The notes beneath the pieces were generated by a model, which searched no databases, was not told the DNA's origin, and saw nothing but the letters and a program-made list of their open reading frames with translations. From NCBI RefSeq assembly GCF_964355755.1, contig NC_092673.1, positions 6,014,001 to 6,078,000 on the forward strand: a stretch of 64,000 nt of DNA, written 5' to 3'. The stretch is from Antedon mediterranea. Taxonomy: Eukaryota > Animalia > Echinodermata. Made by a program: the position numbers and the translations under genes. This document shows positions 37,370-50,309 of this stretch, one piece after another (within the stretch, counting starts at the first letter, position 1; every line of letters begins with the position of its first letter).

Positions 37370-37476
37370 GTACAACAAAGAACGAAGAGACACCATCAAA
37401 AGCAATGAAGTCTGTTTTCAAATTCATCAAAAGAAAAGAACCTTCAAAGTTGAAAGACGATAAATATCTGAAGTAG
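37370..37476 (+). CDS. FAM172A: FAM172A/ARB2A-like terminal exon H
   Basis: tttatag|(G)TTKNEETPSKAMKSVFKFIKRKEPSKLKDDKYLK*; phase 1 matches exon G; aligns to GT..HE.TS.K...SIFKF. Confidence 0.8.
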
Positions 37477-37499
37477 AATCTGCACTAAATGTCGTTTTT

Positions 37500-40400
37500 G
37501 TTGTTATAAGTGTTGCACAGTGTTTATTTTCAACAAAAATCATGAATATGAATCGGAGAAAAATGATTAGTCTATGGCTCTGTACCAGTTTGTTCTTTTT
37601 TTCGAGTGAATTATGCTGCAGTTACGCGGCCCAAATGACGGTTCCGGTAGCTGCGATGGGAAATCACCAGCCCGTGAAAATCACATACAGCCGCGAGGAG
37701 TTGTTGCAATTAAGGCCAAATCCAAACACAGATGGGCCTAGCAACCTAAATCTCAATTACAATCCAAAGCCGCGTAAAAGGGGACGCAGAGGAGGAATTA
37801 AGGGAAGGCTCAGACGATTAAATCGTCTTCCTCTACCAACTGTTATTTTTGGAAATGCTCAATCCCTGTGTAACAAGCTCGATCAACTGGAAGCGTGTAT
37901 GGCATTACAAGACTTCCGAGAATCTAGCTTACTGTGTTTCACCGAAACGTGGTTTAAAGACCAACATACCACTGCAGATGTCAGTATTGATGGGTTCTCA
38001 TGCGTGCGGGGAGATAGAGATCTGCATGTTACAGGAAAGGACGGAGGCGGTGGTGTCTGCGCATACATTAACACACGTTGGTGTAACAACATCAAGGTAG
38101 TAAAAAAACATTGCTGTCAAGATGTTGAATTCATTGTGATTGCACTACGCCCTTTTTACTTACCGAGAGAAATACCACAGATCTTTGTGTCAGTTGCATA
38201 TGTTCAACAAGAAGGAAGTCGTATAGAAGCAGGGAAAAAAATCGCACAGGAAATGAGATTATTAGAGAGCGAGTCAACAGATGCGTTAAAGCTGGTGTTA
38301 GGCGACTTCAATCATTTTATGCTTAAAAGAGCACTACCTCATTGGCATCAATACGTGAAGGTACCGACGAGGAAAGACAGCATATTGGATGAATGTTATG
38401 GAAATATACCGAATGCGTACCTGGCAAAAGCAAAAAATGGAATTGGGAAATCGGATCACAATCTTATTCAATTATTGCCAAAGTATAAGCAGAAATTAAG
38501 AAAATTTAACATCATTAAAAAACCGGTCAAGATATGGTCAGAAGTTGCTATAAATGATCTAAAGGATTGTTTTGATAGAACAGATTGGGATACGTTTAAG
38601 AGCGATTCACTTGACGACACGGTAGAAAGATGCTCAGCATATATTAAGTTTTGTGAGGACTCTATTGTACCAATCAAATTCGTAAAAATCTATGCAAATA
38701 ATAAACCATGGGTTTCAAAGGAATTAAGATTACTAATGAAAGAAAAATATGAAATGTTTAAACAAGGAGATTTCGAAGCCAGTAAAATTAGACAAATAGA
38801 GAAGTGAGACGAGTAATTAAAAGAGATAAGCAGAACTATGCCAAACACATTGAGGACACATTTAAGTCAGGTGATATCAAGAACGTTTGGAAAAGTATGA
38901 ATAAAGTTACGGGTAATTACAAAGTTGCAGTAAATAAGAGTAAGGACACTGACATCACAGCGGATAACCTAAATACTTTTTATGTCAGGTTTGAAAAAAG
39001 TGACTTTTCGGATTTACGGGAAAAACAAAATGAAAATATTATGGGCTCAATCAGAGAAGGAAATAACAATATCCTAATTAATATAACTGATGTGGAACAA
39101 ACCCTAAAAAAAGTCAAGTCAAAGAAAGCCACAGGGCCAGATCAAATCTCAGGGAAAGTTCTGAAGACCTGTTATTTTCAATTAAAGTATATTTTTCATT
39201 ACCTATTTCAGTGGTCGGTTGATGTATGTAATGTACCAAAACTTTGGAAGTCTGCTATTATCACACCGATTCCAAAAAATGATAAATGTACTGTTTGCAA
39301 TGACTATAGGCCAGTGGCATTAACAGCCATCCCCATGAAATGCTTTGAGAAAATTATAACAAATATATTAAATGAGACAAAGGGTATGATTGATAGCAAC
39401 CAATTTGCTTATAGAGAAAAAAGGGGCGTAGTTGACGCAGTTATGACGCTCACGCAAAAGGTGTATGGTCATCTTGAATATCCAAATAACTATGCTAGAA
39501 TATTATTTTTAGATTTTTCTGCAGCGTTCAATACAATTCAGCCTCATTTACTTACAGATAAACTATTAAAGTTAGGAATAAATCCACGATTAAATCTCTG
39601 GATTTCTGATTTCTTAAATGAAAGAACACAGATTGTTAAGTTTAGGGGTAGCGTATCTAAGCAGTTAACTTGTAATACAGGTACAGGTGCACCACAGGGA
39701 TGCGTTCTCTCACCCTTACTTTTTTCATTATATTCTGATTTTTATAGTGATATTGACCCAAGTAAATCATTCAATGTTAAGTTTGCAGATGATACTTGCC
39801 TAGTTGGCTTAATTTCAAATAATAATACATTCCTTTTTAATGAATATGTTGAACATTTTGTAGTCTGGTGTAAACAAAATTTTCTTGAACTAAATGCCAA
39901 AAAAACTAAAGAGGTTATTGTCGATTTTAGAAGGAAAAATAAAACTAATCATGTAAATATTGAAATCGATAATGAAATTGTTGAAATAGTAGAAAGTCAT
40001 AAGTACTTGGGATTAATAATTGATAATAAACTAAATTGGGAGAGCAACACTAAAGAACTCCGTACCAAGGCTAATAAGAGAATGTACTTTATATACAAAA
40101 TGAAACGGTTTAATGTTAGTTCTCATCTCATTCATATGTTTTATTCCTCTGTTGTTCAATCAATCATTTCTTATTGTATTATTGTTTGGTTTTCTCATAT
40201 CAATGTAAACAGTAAAAGTCAAATTCAGAGATTAGTAAACAAGGCCAGCAGAGTTATCGGTGTAGAAGTGAAATCTTTAGATGAAATGTTTAATATATTC
40301 ATACTTAAGAAATTTGACACAATTATGCAAGACCCATCACACCCATTACATTCTGACATCATTATAGGTAGATCAGGAAGGGTTAGACTGACACAGGAAA

Positions 40401-40602
40401 AAATATCCACAAACCGTTTCAGATTTTCACCAATGTACATAGCATGCAATTTATTTAACAAAAACTTTTCAATAGTCACTTGTATCATTTGTATTTTATA
40501 TAGTTATCACATCGTATTATTTATTCTACTCAGGTACAAAACATATCTCGAAAATTGTTAACAATTTTGACAATAAAGTTATCTTGTATCTTGTATCTTG
40601 TA
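37500..40602 (+). mobile_element. Near full-length Rex1/Babar-clade LINE
   Basis: RKRGRRGG..PLPTVIFGNAQSLCNKLD, CFTETW, GDFNH, SDH, NDYRPVALT, QFAYR, GAPQGCVLSP, KFADD, NAKKTKEVIVDFRR; AATAAA at 40572 then an (ATCTTGT)3 tail; 5' boundary approximate. Confidence 0.9.
37542..40561 (+). CDS. Rex-Babar APE-RT polyprotein split by one frameshift near 38800
   Basis: ORFs 37542-38807 (APE) and 38804-40561 (RT) are contiguous parts of one protein. Confidence 0.85.
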
Positions 40603-40631
40603 AAAAGGCAAACAAGTTAGTGCTACATCAG

Positions 40632-43600
40632 GCCAAAAAGATTATAGCAACACAGTGAAAAAAGATGATAGCAACACAGCGCAAAAAGATGATAGCAACA
40701 CAGCGCAAAACGATTATAAACACAGCCCAAAAAGATAACAACACAGCTCAAAACGATTATAGTAACAACCCAAAAAGATGATAACAACACAGCTCAAAAC
40801 GATTATAGTAACAACCCAAAAAGATGATGACAACACAGCTCAAAACGATTATAGACACAGCCCAAAAAGATGAAAACAACACAGCTCAAAACGATTATAG
40901 ACACAGCCCAAAAAGGTGATAACAACACAGCTCAAAACGATTATAGACACAGCCCAAAAAGGTGATAACAACACAGCTCAAAACGATTATAGACACAGCC
41001 CAAAAAGGTGATAACAACACAGCTCAAAACGATTATAGTAACAGCCCAAAAAGATGATAACAACACAGCTCAAAACGATTATAGACACAGCCCAAAAAGG
41101 TGATAACAACACAGCTCAAAACGATTATAGTAACAGCCCAAAAAGATGATAACAACACAGCTCAAAACGATTATAGTAACAACCCAAAAAGATGATAACA
41201 ACACAGCTCAAAACGATTATAGACACAGCCCAAAAAGATGAAAACAACACAGCTCAAAACGATTATAGACACAGCCCAAAAAGGTGATAACAACACAGCT
41301 CAAAACGATTATAGTAACAGCCCAAAAAGATGAAAACAACACAGCTCAAAACGATTATAGTAACAGCCCAAAAAGATGAAAACAACACAGCTCAAAACGA
41401 TTATAGTAACAACCCAAAAAGATAACAACACAGCTCAAAACGATTATAGTAACAACCCAAAAAGATAACAACACAGCTCAAAACGATTATAGTAACAACC
41501 CAAAAAGATAACAACACAGCTCAAAACGATTATAGTAACAGCCCAAAAAGATGAAAACAACACAGCTCAAAACGATTATAGTAACAACCCAAAAAGGTGA
41601 TAACAACACAGCTCAAAACGATTATAGTAACAACCCAAAAAGATAACAACACAGCTCAAAACGATTATAGTAACAACCCAAAAAGATAACAACACAGCTC
41701 AAAACGATTATAGTAACAGCCCAAAAAGATGAAAACAACACAGCTCAAAACGATTATAGTAACAGCCCAAAAAGGTGATAACAACACAGCTCAAAACGAT
41801 TATAGTAACAACCCAAAAAGGTGATAACAACACAGCCCAAAAAGGTGATAACAACACAGCTCAAAACGATTATAGACACAGCTCAAAAAGATGATAACAA
41901 CACAGCTCAAAACGATGATAACAACACAGCTCAAAACGATTATAAACACAGCCCAAAAAGATGATAACAACACAGCTCAAAAAAATGATAGCAACACAGC
42001 TCAAAACGATTATAGTAACAACCCAAAAAGATGATAACAACACAGCTCAAAACGATGATAACAACACAGCTCAAGACGATTATAGTAACAGCCCAAAAAG
42101 ATAACAACACAGCTCAAAACGATTATAGTAACAACCCAAAAAGATGATAGCAACACAGCTCAAAACGATTATAGTAACAACCCAAAAAGATAACAACACA
42201 GCTCAAAATGATTATAGTAACAACCCAAAAAGATGATAGCAACACAGCTCAAAACGATTATAGTAACAGCCCAAAAAGATAACAACACAGCTCAAAACGA
42301 TTATAGTAACAACCCAAAAAGATGATAACAACACAGCTCAAAACGATGATAACAACACAGCTCAAGACGATGATAAACACAGCCCAAAAAGATGATAACA
42401 ACACAGCTCAAAAGGGTGTCACGAAACCTAAGACCACGAAAGCTAAGACCCCCTAAGACCTAAGATCACGAAAGCTAAGACCCAAGACCTAAGATTACAA
42501 ATATTTATCTTTCGCACCTGCCTTGTATTTTAACTCCCAACATTTATTCTGAATACCACACCTTAGAATTGGCACTTTCATGAAAAAGAATCACATAAAA
42601 AGTAACAAATACATTTTTAAATTGATGATTTTACAGACGTTTTTCTCGCACACAAAATGACTAGCCTACAGTACAGTAGGCCTACCCCATGTTCAATGTT
42701 TTTGTTTCTATGGAACGTCAAAAGAGCAAACATTATATAGAGGGCTGAAAACTCTGGAGTCCATCTACAGCAGTGTGGATGGAACAATGTAAAATTAAAA
42801 TTGTAATGATAATACTGTAGTATAATCATGCAAGTACGAGGAAATAAATACTGGCAAGTTTTTTTTTGTTTCGTTTTCTTTCTGTTTTTATACTTGTACT
42901 ATTATTGTTGCTCTTTTGGCGCCCCATAGAAACAAAAACATTGAGCATAGGGGGAGCTCGAGGAGTTACATTACAGGATACAAAGTCTAAAAGAAACACA
43001 TCTGTAAAATCATAAATTTAAAGGATTTATTTATTTGTTATTATGTGTTTCTCCTTCTGAAAGTACTTATAAGTCCTAATTTTAAAGTGTGGTGTTCAGG
43101 ATAAAGTTAGTCAACAAATTTGGAGTCAAAATACAAGAAAGGCAGGTGCGTAAGAAAAACATCCTCTGAACCAACACAATGGAGTAAATATATACAAACA
43201 AACACCCCGTCAAGTTTGTTTGTTGTAAAGAAAAAATATACATTTACTCAACGGGCGAAAATAATGTGAGTTTATCTTTGTTTTGCGGTGGTATTAAATT
43301 ATATTTATGGTAATAAATGAAACCTACTGTGTTTAAAATTATGTATGGATAAACAAGTATTGTTTTTAAGCTGTAGTATATCTTAGAATTTGTAATCTTA
43401 GGTCTTGGGTCTTAGCTTTCGTGATCTTAGGTCTTAGGGGGTCTTAGCTTTCGTGGTCTTAGGTTTCGTGACACCCCAGCTCAAAACGATTATAGTAACA
43501 ACCCAAAAAGATAACACAGCTCAAAACGATTATAGTAACAACCCAAAAAGATGAAAACAACACAGCTCAAAACGATTATAGTAACAGCCCAAAAAGGTGA

Positions 43601-43935
43601 TAACAACACAGCTCAAAACGATTATAGTAACAGCCCAAAAAGATGATAACAACACAGCTCAAAACGATTATAGTAACAACCCAAAAAGATGAAAACAACA
43701 CAGCTCAAAACGATTATAGTAACAGCCCAAAAAGGTGATAACAACACAGCTCAAAACGATTATAGTAACAACCCAAAAAGGTGATAACAACACAGCTCAA
43801 AACGATTATAGTAACAGCCCAAAAAGGTGATAACAACACAGCCCAAAAAGATGATAACAACACAGCCCTAAACGATTATAGACACAGCTCAAAAAGATGA
43901 TAGCAACACAGCTCAAAACGATGATAACAACACAG
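40632..43935. repeat. Minisatellite with a ~42-46-bp dimeric unit, interrupted by a Mutator-like element
   Basis: Alternating AACACAGCTCAAAACGATTATAG(T) and AACA(A/G)CCCAAAAAG(A/G)TGATAAC subunits. Confidence 0.95.
42414..43476. mobile_element. Mutator-like element, second copy (inverted relative to 12990)
   Basis: Same TIRs; TSD cagctcaaaa at 42404-42413 and 43477-43486. Confidence 0.88.
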
Positions 43936-44281
43936 AATATATTCGCTGTGGCTAAAGATACGGTACCGTATCCTAACTTCCGTTTGCTAAAGGTACGGTA
44001 AAATTGCATTACGTCATAATCAGCCAATGGGGTGCTGGTACGTGTGTGACGTCATCGTATAAGGACTTGGGATTTTTTTTCATATCGCGAAATAAAAACA
44101 GTGATCAACTGGCGGCTTAACATTTTCTTTATGCTTCATTTAGCACTATTATAAAATATCCCCGTCGTGTGACAAAAACTAAAATGTATGTCTGTTATTA
44201 TTGATAGGCCGCGCCAAAACATGTTAATTTTAATTCTAGAATACAGAAATTTACCGTTTCAAAAGAGGCGCCTACTACGTA

Positions 44282-44299
44282 CTATAACCATGCTATAAC
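44282..44299. mobile_element. Minimal P-element-like footprint
   Basis: ctataac-CATG-ctataac. Confidence 0.45.
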
Positions 44300-44689
44300 C
44301 TATACCCTCGGTATATAGTTTGATAGTTTGTTTGCCAGGCTGGGGACAGCTGCATGTGTGCGCTGATTTCTGTGACTAATTAAGACCTGGGCTACGGCTA
44401 AGCATATTGTCTAAATCATAGTACTGTATTTGTCAAGAAAATTCTTTGATAAAATGAAAAAAGAAGATCATATATTACACTCTCTCTTACCTAAACCTCC
44501 CACACACAACCATCAGCTCCGACGCGTTAGATCGTTCACCCTCCCCAAAGTCCGGACACAACGCACAAAAAACTTCATTACTTTCCACGGAGTTTTCAAT
44601 GATTGGTGAATGATCAGTAGCTGAGTTATGATAAGCAAATTGTGAACCTCTATTGGTTTGTGTTACTGGATGTACTATGATGGCCATTG

Positions 44690-44832
44690 AAAGACTGATT
44701 TGTGGACTATGATATATTTTAGTATTACTTGTTTGGACTTGTGTTTACATATTTACTATTATATTTATGTCAACTTCATCACTGCTTACTTGATGCAATA
44801 AAGGAAATAAATAAATAAATAAATAAATAATA
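44690..44832 (+). mobile_element. Short LINE/SINE 3' end
   Basis: AATAAA followed by an (AAAT)n tail at 44797-44832; body not assignable. Confidence 0.4.
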
Positions 44833-44979
44833 AATTTGAGGGCCCCTTTATTGTCCGCATTTGTTTTTTGTTTATGGTCACCTTCTGTAAACAAAGTTTA
44901 TTAAAAAATATAGGCCTAAATAGGCCATTTGGAATAAAAATAAAACCCTCATAGTATTAACTATGGACGAATGAACTCG

Positions 44980-45013
44980 ACGCAACCAAAGAATATATAT
45001 TCTTTGACGCAAC
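44980..45013. mobile_element. P-element-like excision footprint
   Basis: acgcaac-CAAAGAATATATATTCTTTG-acgcaac. Confidence 0.6.
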
Positions 45014-45438
45014 ACAATTTATAACATTGAATTATAATTCCTTTACTTCTAATTTGGCTACCAACATATTTCTACTGTAGTGTAGTGTATAATGTTGTAT
45101 AATGAAATAATATTTGAGATTGAGTGCATGTTTTAAACGCTTTATGTAACGTCCACCAACCCATGATCTTGCTCTATTACTACAGCATTACTAGGTCTAG
45201 CCCCGAGGCTGACGCCCGTATTCTTAAACCGGACTTTAGTCGTAGTTCGAGCTAAAACTTTAAAAATGACGTCATTTTAATTCATAAACCGAACTTCAAC
45301 TAAATCGCCGACTAATTCAGGCCAACCTCGACTAAATCGAGACGGATTTTGATCGATTTTTTTAGTCCTGGAGGGGGCAGGCTAAATGGTCGACTAAATG
45401 GTTTTTAAACGATGTTTATAAAAAACGTAACAGTCATT

Positions 45439-46159
45439 CGCCCGTATTCTTAAACCGGACTTTAGTCGTAGTTCAAGCTAAAACTAAAAAAATAACGTCA
45501 TTTTAATTCATAAACCGAACTTCAACTAAATCACCGACTAAATCAGGCCAACCTCGACTAAATCGAGACGGATTTTGATCGATTTTTTTAGTCCTGGAGG
45601 GGGCAGACTAAATGGTCGACTAAATGGTTTTTAAACGATGTTTATAAAAAACGTAACAGTCATTGAGTTGTTATATTGGCCAGATATTGAAGAATGAAAT
45701 ATCTATATTTATATTAGCTTAATTAAATATACATTGGTATAAATTATAATAATGAAAATCATCTTTATTTACAACTGTATACAAATTACATTATTTTCTT
45801 CGCGCAAGTCCGACTTGAGCTACGTCACGCCATAGCGACAATGGGAGATGCGGCAATTCACCACGCGATGGAATGTTTAGGGGGCCTAGCGCTTTCTTGT
45901 CACGCTATGAAGTGCGTGGTTCGTGGCGATCATACTTTGTTGGGGGCCTAGAAAATATAAAAGTTACCGTACCGCCATGGTTCCTAAATATATTTTAAAG
46001 ATTTTATTTGTTGTTAATCAAATATACTTCACTGTTAAATTAATACTGATATTGTTCTAATAATTAACGATTAAAATTATTTGAAGTAATAGCTCGAACT
46101 ACGACTTTTCCAAGTCGAACTTCGAACTACGACTAAAGTCCGATTTAAGAATACGGGCG
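45439..46159. mobile_element. PIF/Harbinger-like MITE nested in a copy of itself, internally deleted
   Basis: Both TIRs present; 3-bp TSD att at 45436-45438 and 46160-46162. Confidence 0.8.
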
Positions 46160-46277
46160 ATTGAGTTGTTATATTGGCCAGATATTGAAGAATGAAATAT
46201 CTATATTTATATTAGCTTAATTAAATATACATTGGTATAAGTTATAATAATGAAAAACATCTTTATTTACAACTGTA

Positions 46278-47278
46278 ACAAAGAACAACAAAGAATCTAC
46301 CAGTGTTGGAGCTCCCCAAGGATGTGTTATCTCTCCAATTTTGTTCTCTTTTTATTCTAGTAGTTTTAATATTTTAAGTAAAGATTGCAATATTGTAAAA
46401 TACGCTGACGATACTGTAATTAGTGGTTTTCTTTGCGATAGTAAGCATAATGTAAATGAATTTGTTAATGAAGTTGGAAGATTTGTTAATTGGTGTGAAG
46501 ATATGAACTTAATACTTAATATTACTAAAACCAAAGAGATGATAATAGATTTTCGTAAAACCGCAGTTGAACATAATGTAATAACTATTAAAGAAACCGA
46601 GGTTGAAAGAGTAACCCAATACAAATACTTAGGTACTATAATTGACAACAAATTAAAATGGGAGTCAAACTCTCTCATGATTTCCAAGAAGGCATCTCAA
46701 AGGCTCTACTTTCTCAGAAAACTCAAGCAAATTAGAGTTGATAACACTATTTTAATTCTATTTTATCAAAGTATTATTCAAAGTATTTTATCTTTTAGCA
46801 TTGGATGTTTTTATGGTAACTTTACTGAAAATGATAAGAAAAATATTGAGAGACCACGTAAAATTGCACAACGTATTATTAAAGCTGATCTAACGCCTTG
46901 TTCATTTATCTATGAAAAGAGTATTCTAAAAAAAGTAAACAATATTATGAAAGACCCCACTCATCCGTTACATTACTGTTATAACTTAAATAGATCAGGC
47001 ATTAGGCTACGACCTCCAAGAGCAAATCTTTGTAAAACTAGAAAATCCTTCGTTGTAAATAGCATTCATATTTTTAATTCTAATGTAAGACGTTAATGCA
47101 ATTTTTAATAGTTTTACATTTTTAACAGTATTTTTTACTTTTTATCTTGTATTTTTAATCTGTTTAATACTGCACGTTTTTAAATTGTTGCAATACTGTT
47201 GTTTTAATCTACCAAGCAAAGTGAATTTCCATTTTTATGGACAAATAAAATTTCTTGAATCTTGAATCTTGAATCTTT
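46278..47278 (+). mobile_element. 5'-truncated Rex-Babar LINE
   Basis: GAPQGCVISP, KYADD, TKTKEMIIDFRK; (TCTTGAA)n tail; TSD aactgta at 46271-46277 and 47279-47285. Confidence 0.88.
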
Positions 47279-48673
47279 AACTGTATACAAATTATATTAT
47301 TTTCTTCGCGCAAGTCCGACTTGAGCTACGTCACGCCATAGCGACAATGGGAGATGCGGCAATTCACCACGCGATGGAATGTGCCTAGCGCTTTCTTGTC
47401 ACGCTAGGAAGTGCGTGGTTCGTCGCGATCATACTTTGTTGGAGGCCTAGAAAATATGAAAGTTACCGTACCGCCATGGTTCCTAAATATATTTTGAAGA
47501 TTTTGTTTGTTGTTAATCAAAAGTACTTCACTGTTAAATTAATACTGATCTTGTTCTAATAATTAACGATTAAAATTATTTTTCATGTATATAGTCCTGA
47601 TGCGTAAAAAGTTTTGTAAGAAAATGGAAAGTGATATCAATGCGCAAAATTTCGTCTGCTCCTCAAATACTCTCTTGTCATTGGCCAATGTTTAGCCTTT
47701 GTTACCCAGACGTGTGCAACTCGACTAAAAGCTCGACTTCATTAAGTCCAACTGCAAACTTCGACTACTTCGTTTTTTAATCGAATTTGAAGTAATAGCT
47801 CGAACTACGACTTTTTCAAGTCGAACTTTGAACTACGACTAAAATCCGGTTTAATTTACATTGTACGTTGTTGTGAAGACCCTAGTGTAGGCTTACTTCA
47901 TCAATATACCAGATAAAATACTATATTATTGTTATTGGCTTACAATTGTAGATGCTATAATTGTAATTAGTATAGGTTTCTGCCGCGATTGATCTACGCT
48001 AATGTTTTTATGACATTAAAGTAGCATTTTATGACCTGTAGTAGCCCTACATCTGAGACAATAACTATTTGTTGTCTCAGCCTACATGTAAAATTACTTC
48101 TTGTGTGAATAATAATAGGCCTAGGTACTTCGTTTGTTCGTGATTAAGTTTGCCATGCGTGTACTTTTCAAAACGACCGCTAGGTAACGTATCGCAACTA
48201 TACATAGCCAGCCAATCCCGGATCAGGGATCGCTGTTTTCATTCAATTAGGCCCGGTGATTGGATGTGATGTGGATGACATAACCACTAGCCAATCACCA
48301 GGCACTAAAATTTAAATATAATTACATCGATAATTAAGGAGATTTATGAAGAAACCACTGCTTAGCCATATATTAAAAACACGATTGTTCTATGTGTGGA
48401 CACCGGACACGCTAACAACATACTTGGTCAAATGCATAATTTAATATTCTATAGATTAACGCAATTTTTAATGACAGAAGATGGCAGGCAAATAATGATA
48501 ATTCAAATATAAAAATTGCATATTTTATTAATATTACCAACTACTTAAAATTAACAGTCGTAAGAAAGTGAACTTTTCGTAGTCCGATTGTTATGAAACT
48601 AAAACAGAATTGTTCAGCAATACATTTTTGTTGTCAATTAATCATCGACGCAGACATGTCAATAGAACATTCA

Positions 48674-49578
48674 CGCCCGTATTCTTAAACCGGACTTTAG
48701 TCGTAGTTCGAAGTTCGACTTGGAAAAGTCGTAGTTCGAGCTATTACTTCAAATTCGATTCAAAAACGAAGTAGTCGAAGTTTGCAGTTCGACTTAATGA
48801 AGTCGAGCTTTTAGTCGAGTTGCATACGTCTGGGTAACAAAGGCTATACATTGGCCAATGACAAGAGAGTATTTGAGGAGCAGACGAAATTTTGCGCATT
48901 GATATTACTTTCCATTTCTTACAACACTTTTTACGCATCAGGACTATATACATGAAAAATAATTTTAATCGTTAATTATTAGAACAATATCAGTATTAAT
49001 TTAACAGTGAAGTATTTAACAACAAATAAAATCTTTAAAATATATTTAGGAACCATGGCGGTACGGTAACTTTTATATTTTCTAGGCCCCCAGCAAAGTA
49101 TGATCGCCACGAACCACGCACTTCATAGCGTGACAAGAAAGCGCTAGGCCCCCTAAACATTCCATCGCGTGGTGAATTGCCGCATCTATTGTCGCTATGG
49201 CGTGACGTAGCTCAAGTCGGACTTGCGCGAAGAAAATAATGTAATTTGTAAAGATGATTTTCATTATTATAATTTATACCAATGTATATTTAATTAAGCT
49301 AATATAAATATAGTTATTTCATTCTTCAATATCTGGCCAATATAACAACTCAATGACTGTTACGTTTTTTATAAACATCGTTTAAAAACCATTTAGTCGA
49401 CCATTTAGTCTGCCCCCTCCAGGACTAAAAAAATCGATCAAAATCCGTCTCGATTTAGTCGAGGTTGGCCTGATTTAGTCGGTGATTTAGTTGAAGTTCG
49501 GTTTATGAATTAAAATGACGTCATTTTTTTTAGTTTTAGCTCGAACTACGACTAAAGTCCGGTTTAAGAATACGGGCG
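48674..49578. mobile_element. PIF/Harbinger-like MITE, intact copy, inverted
   Basis: Both TIRs present; TSD tca at 48671-48673 and 49579-49581. Confidence 0.82.
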
Positions 49579-50309
49579 TCAGACTGCGCATACGATTTCT
49601 ACATGGTTACGTTTTGGTCTAAAAAAATGTAGCAGTTGATTCGCAGCGTTCTACAGAGGGCCGCGGTTAGAGACACGGAGTTCAATGTTTGATTGGCAGC
49701 AGTGCTTTAGTATAGGCAAGCGCGTTGTAAAATCGTTTGATGTCGCCGTCGATGCATATCCTTCTAATTCTTTTATCCATGAACTACCTAACTACTAAAA
49801 AAATGTTTTCCTGGTTTTTATAGCAGAATTTTGTCAAATTTTGTATTTGACCATTTTAGGGAAATTCATGTTTTTTTTTGTCTTGATTTCTGTTACAAAT
49901 ATATGATTCATGTATAATTAACCAGATATTATATTTAAAATCCTTGCCTGTAAGTGAAGGAGGCCCTACCTGAGCTTTAAATCGGAACGATAGGATTTTC
50001 ACCCGATGGCCTATTATTATTAAGAATAAACTCGACATCAAACACCAAACTATATTAATTATAGTCTAGACTAAGAATAGTACTATTCTCACTAGTGTAT
50101 AGAAAGTGAATACATATTTTGTTTCATAACTTTTTCGTCAAGTAGGCCTATGATTCATACATTTTAAAAATAATATAATACAGTAATGGTACAACTATAA
50201 AATAATAACAAATTTAACATGCGCCCTCAACACTGGCGAATCATGTGAACAAACGAACTAAAAACGCCCTCAGCGTTGATCAAACAATTGACCTACATAA
50301 TCGTCGCTC

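Larger units (their letters stand above)
45213..47854. mobile_element. PIF/Harbinger-like MITE (outer copy) hosting a self-copy and a LINE
   Basis: TIR CGCCCGTATTCTTAAACCGGACTTTAGTCGTAG preceded by tga; the right TIR is truncated near 47854. Confidence 0.75.

Noticed and set aside
40632-43935. CRISPR-like array
   Set aside because: The intervening sequences are themselves repeats rather than unique spacers; there are no cas genes and the context is eukaryotic
44487-44687. PHD-finger-like exon (FCALC..MVVCG|gtaag)
   Set aside because: Incomplete ligand set and no partner exons found
44950-44965. CATAGT..ACTATG hairpin as a seventh P-like footprint
   Set aside because: No flanking direct repeat
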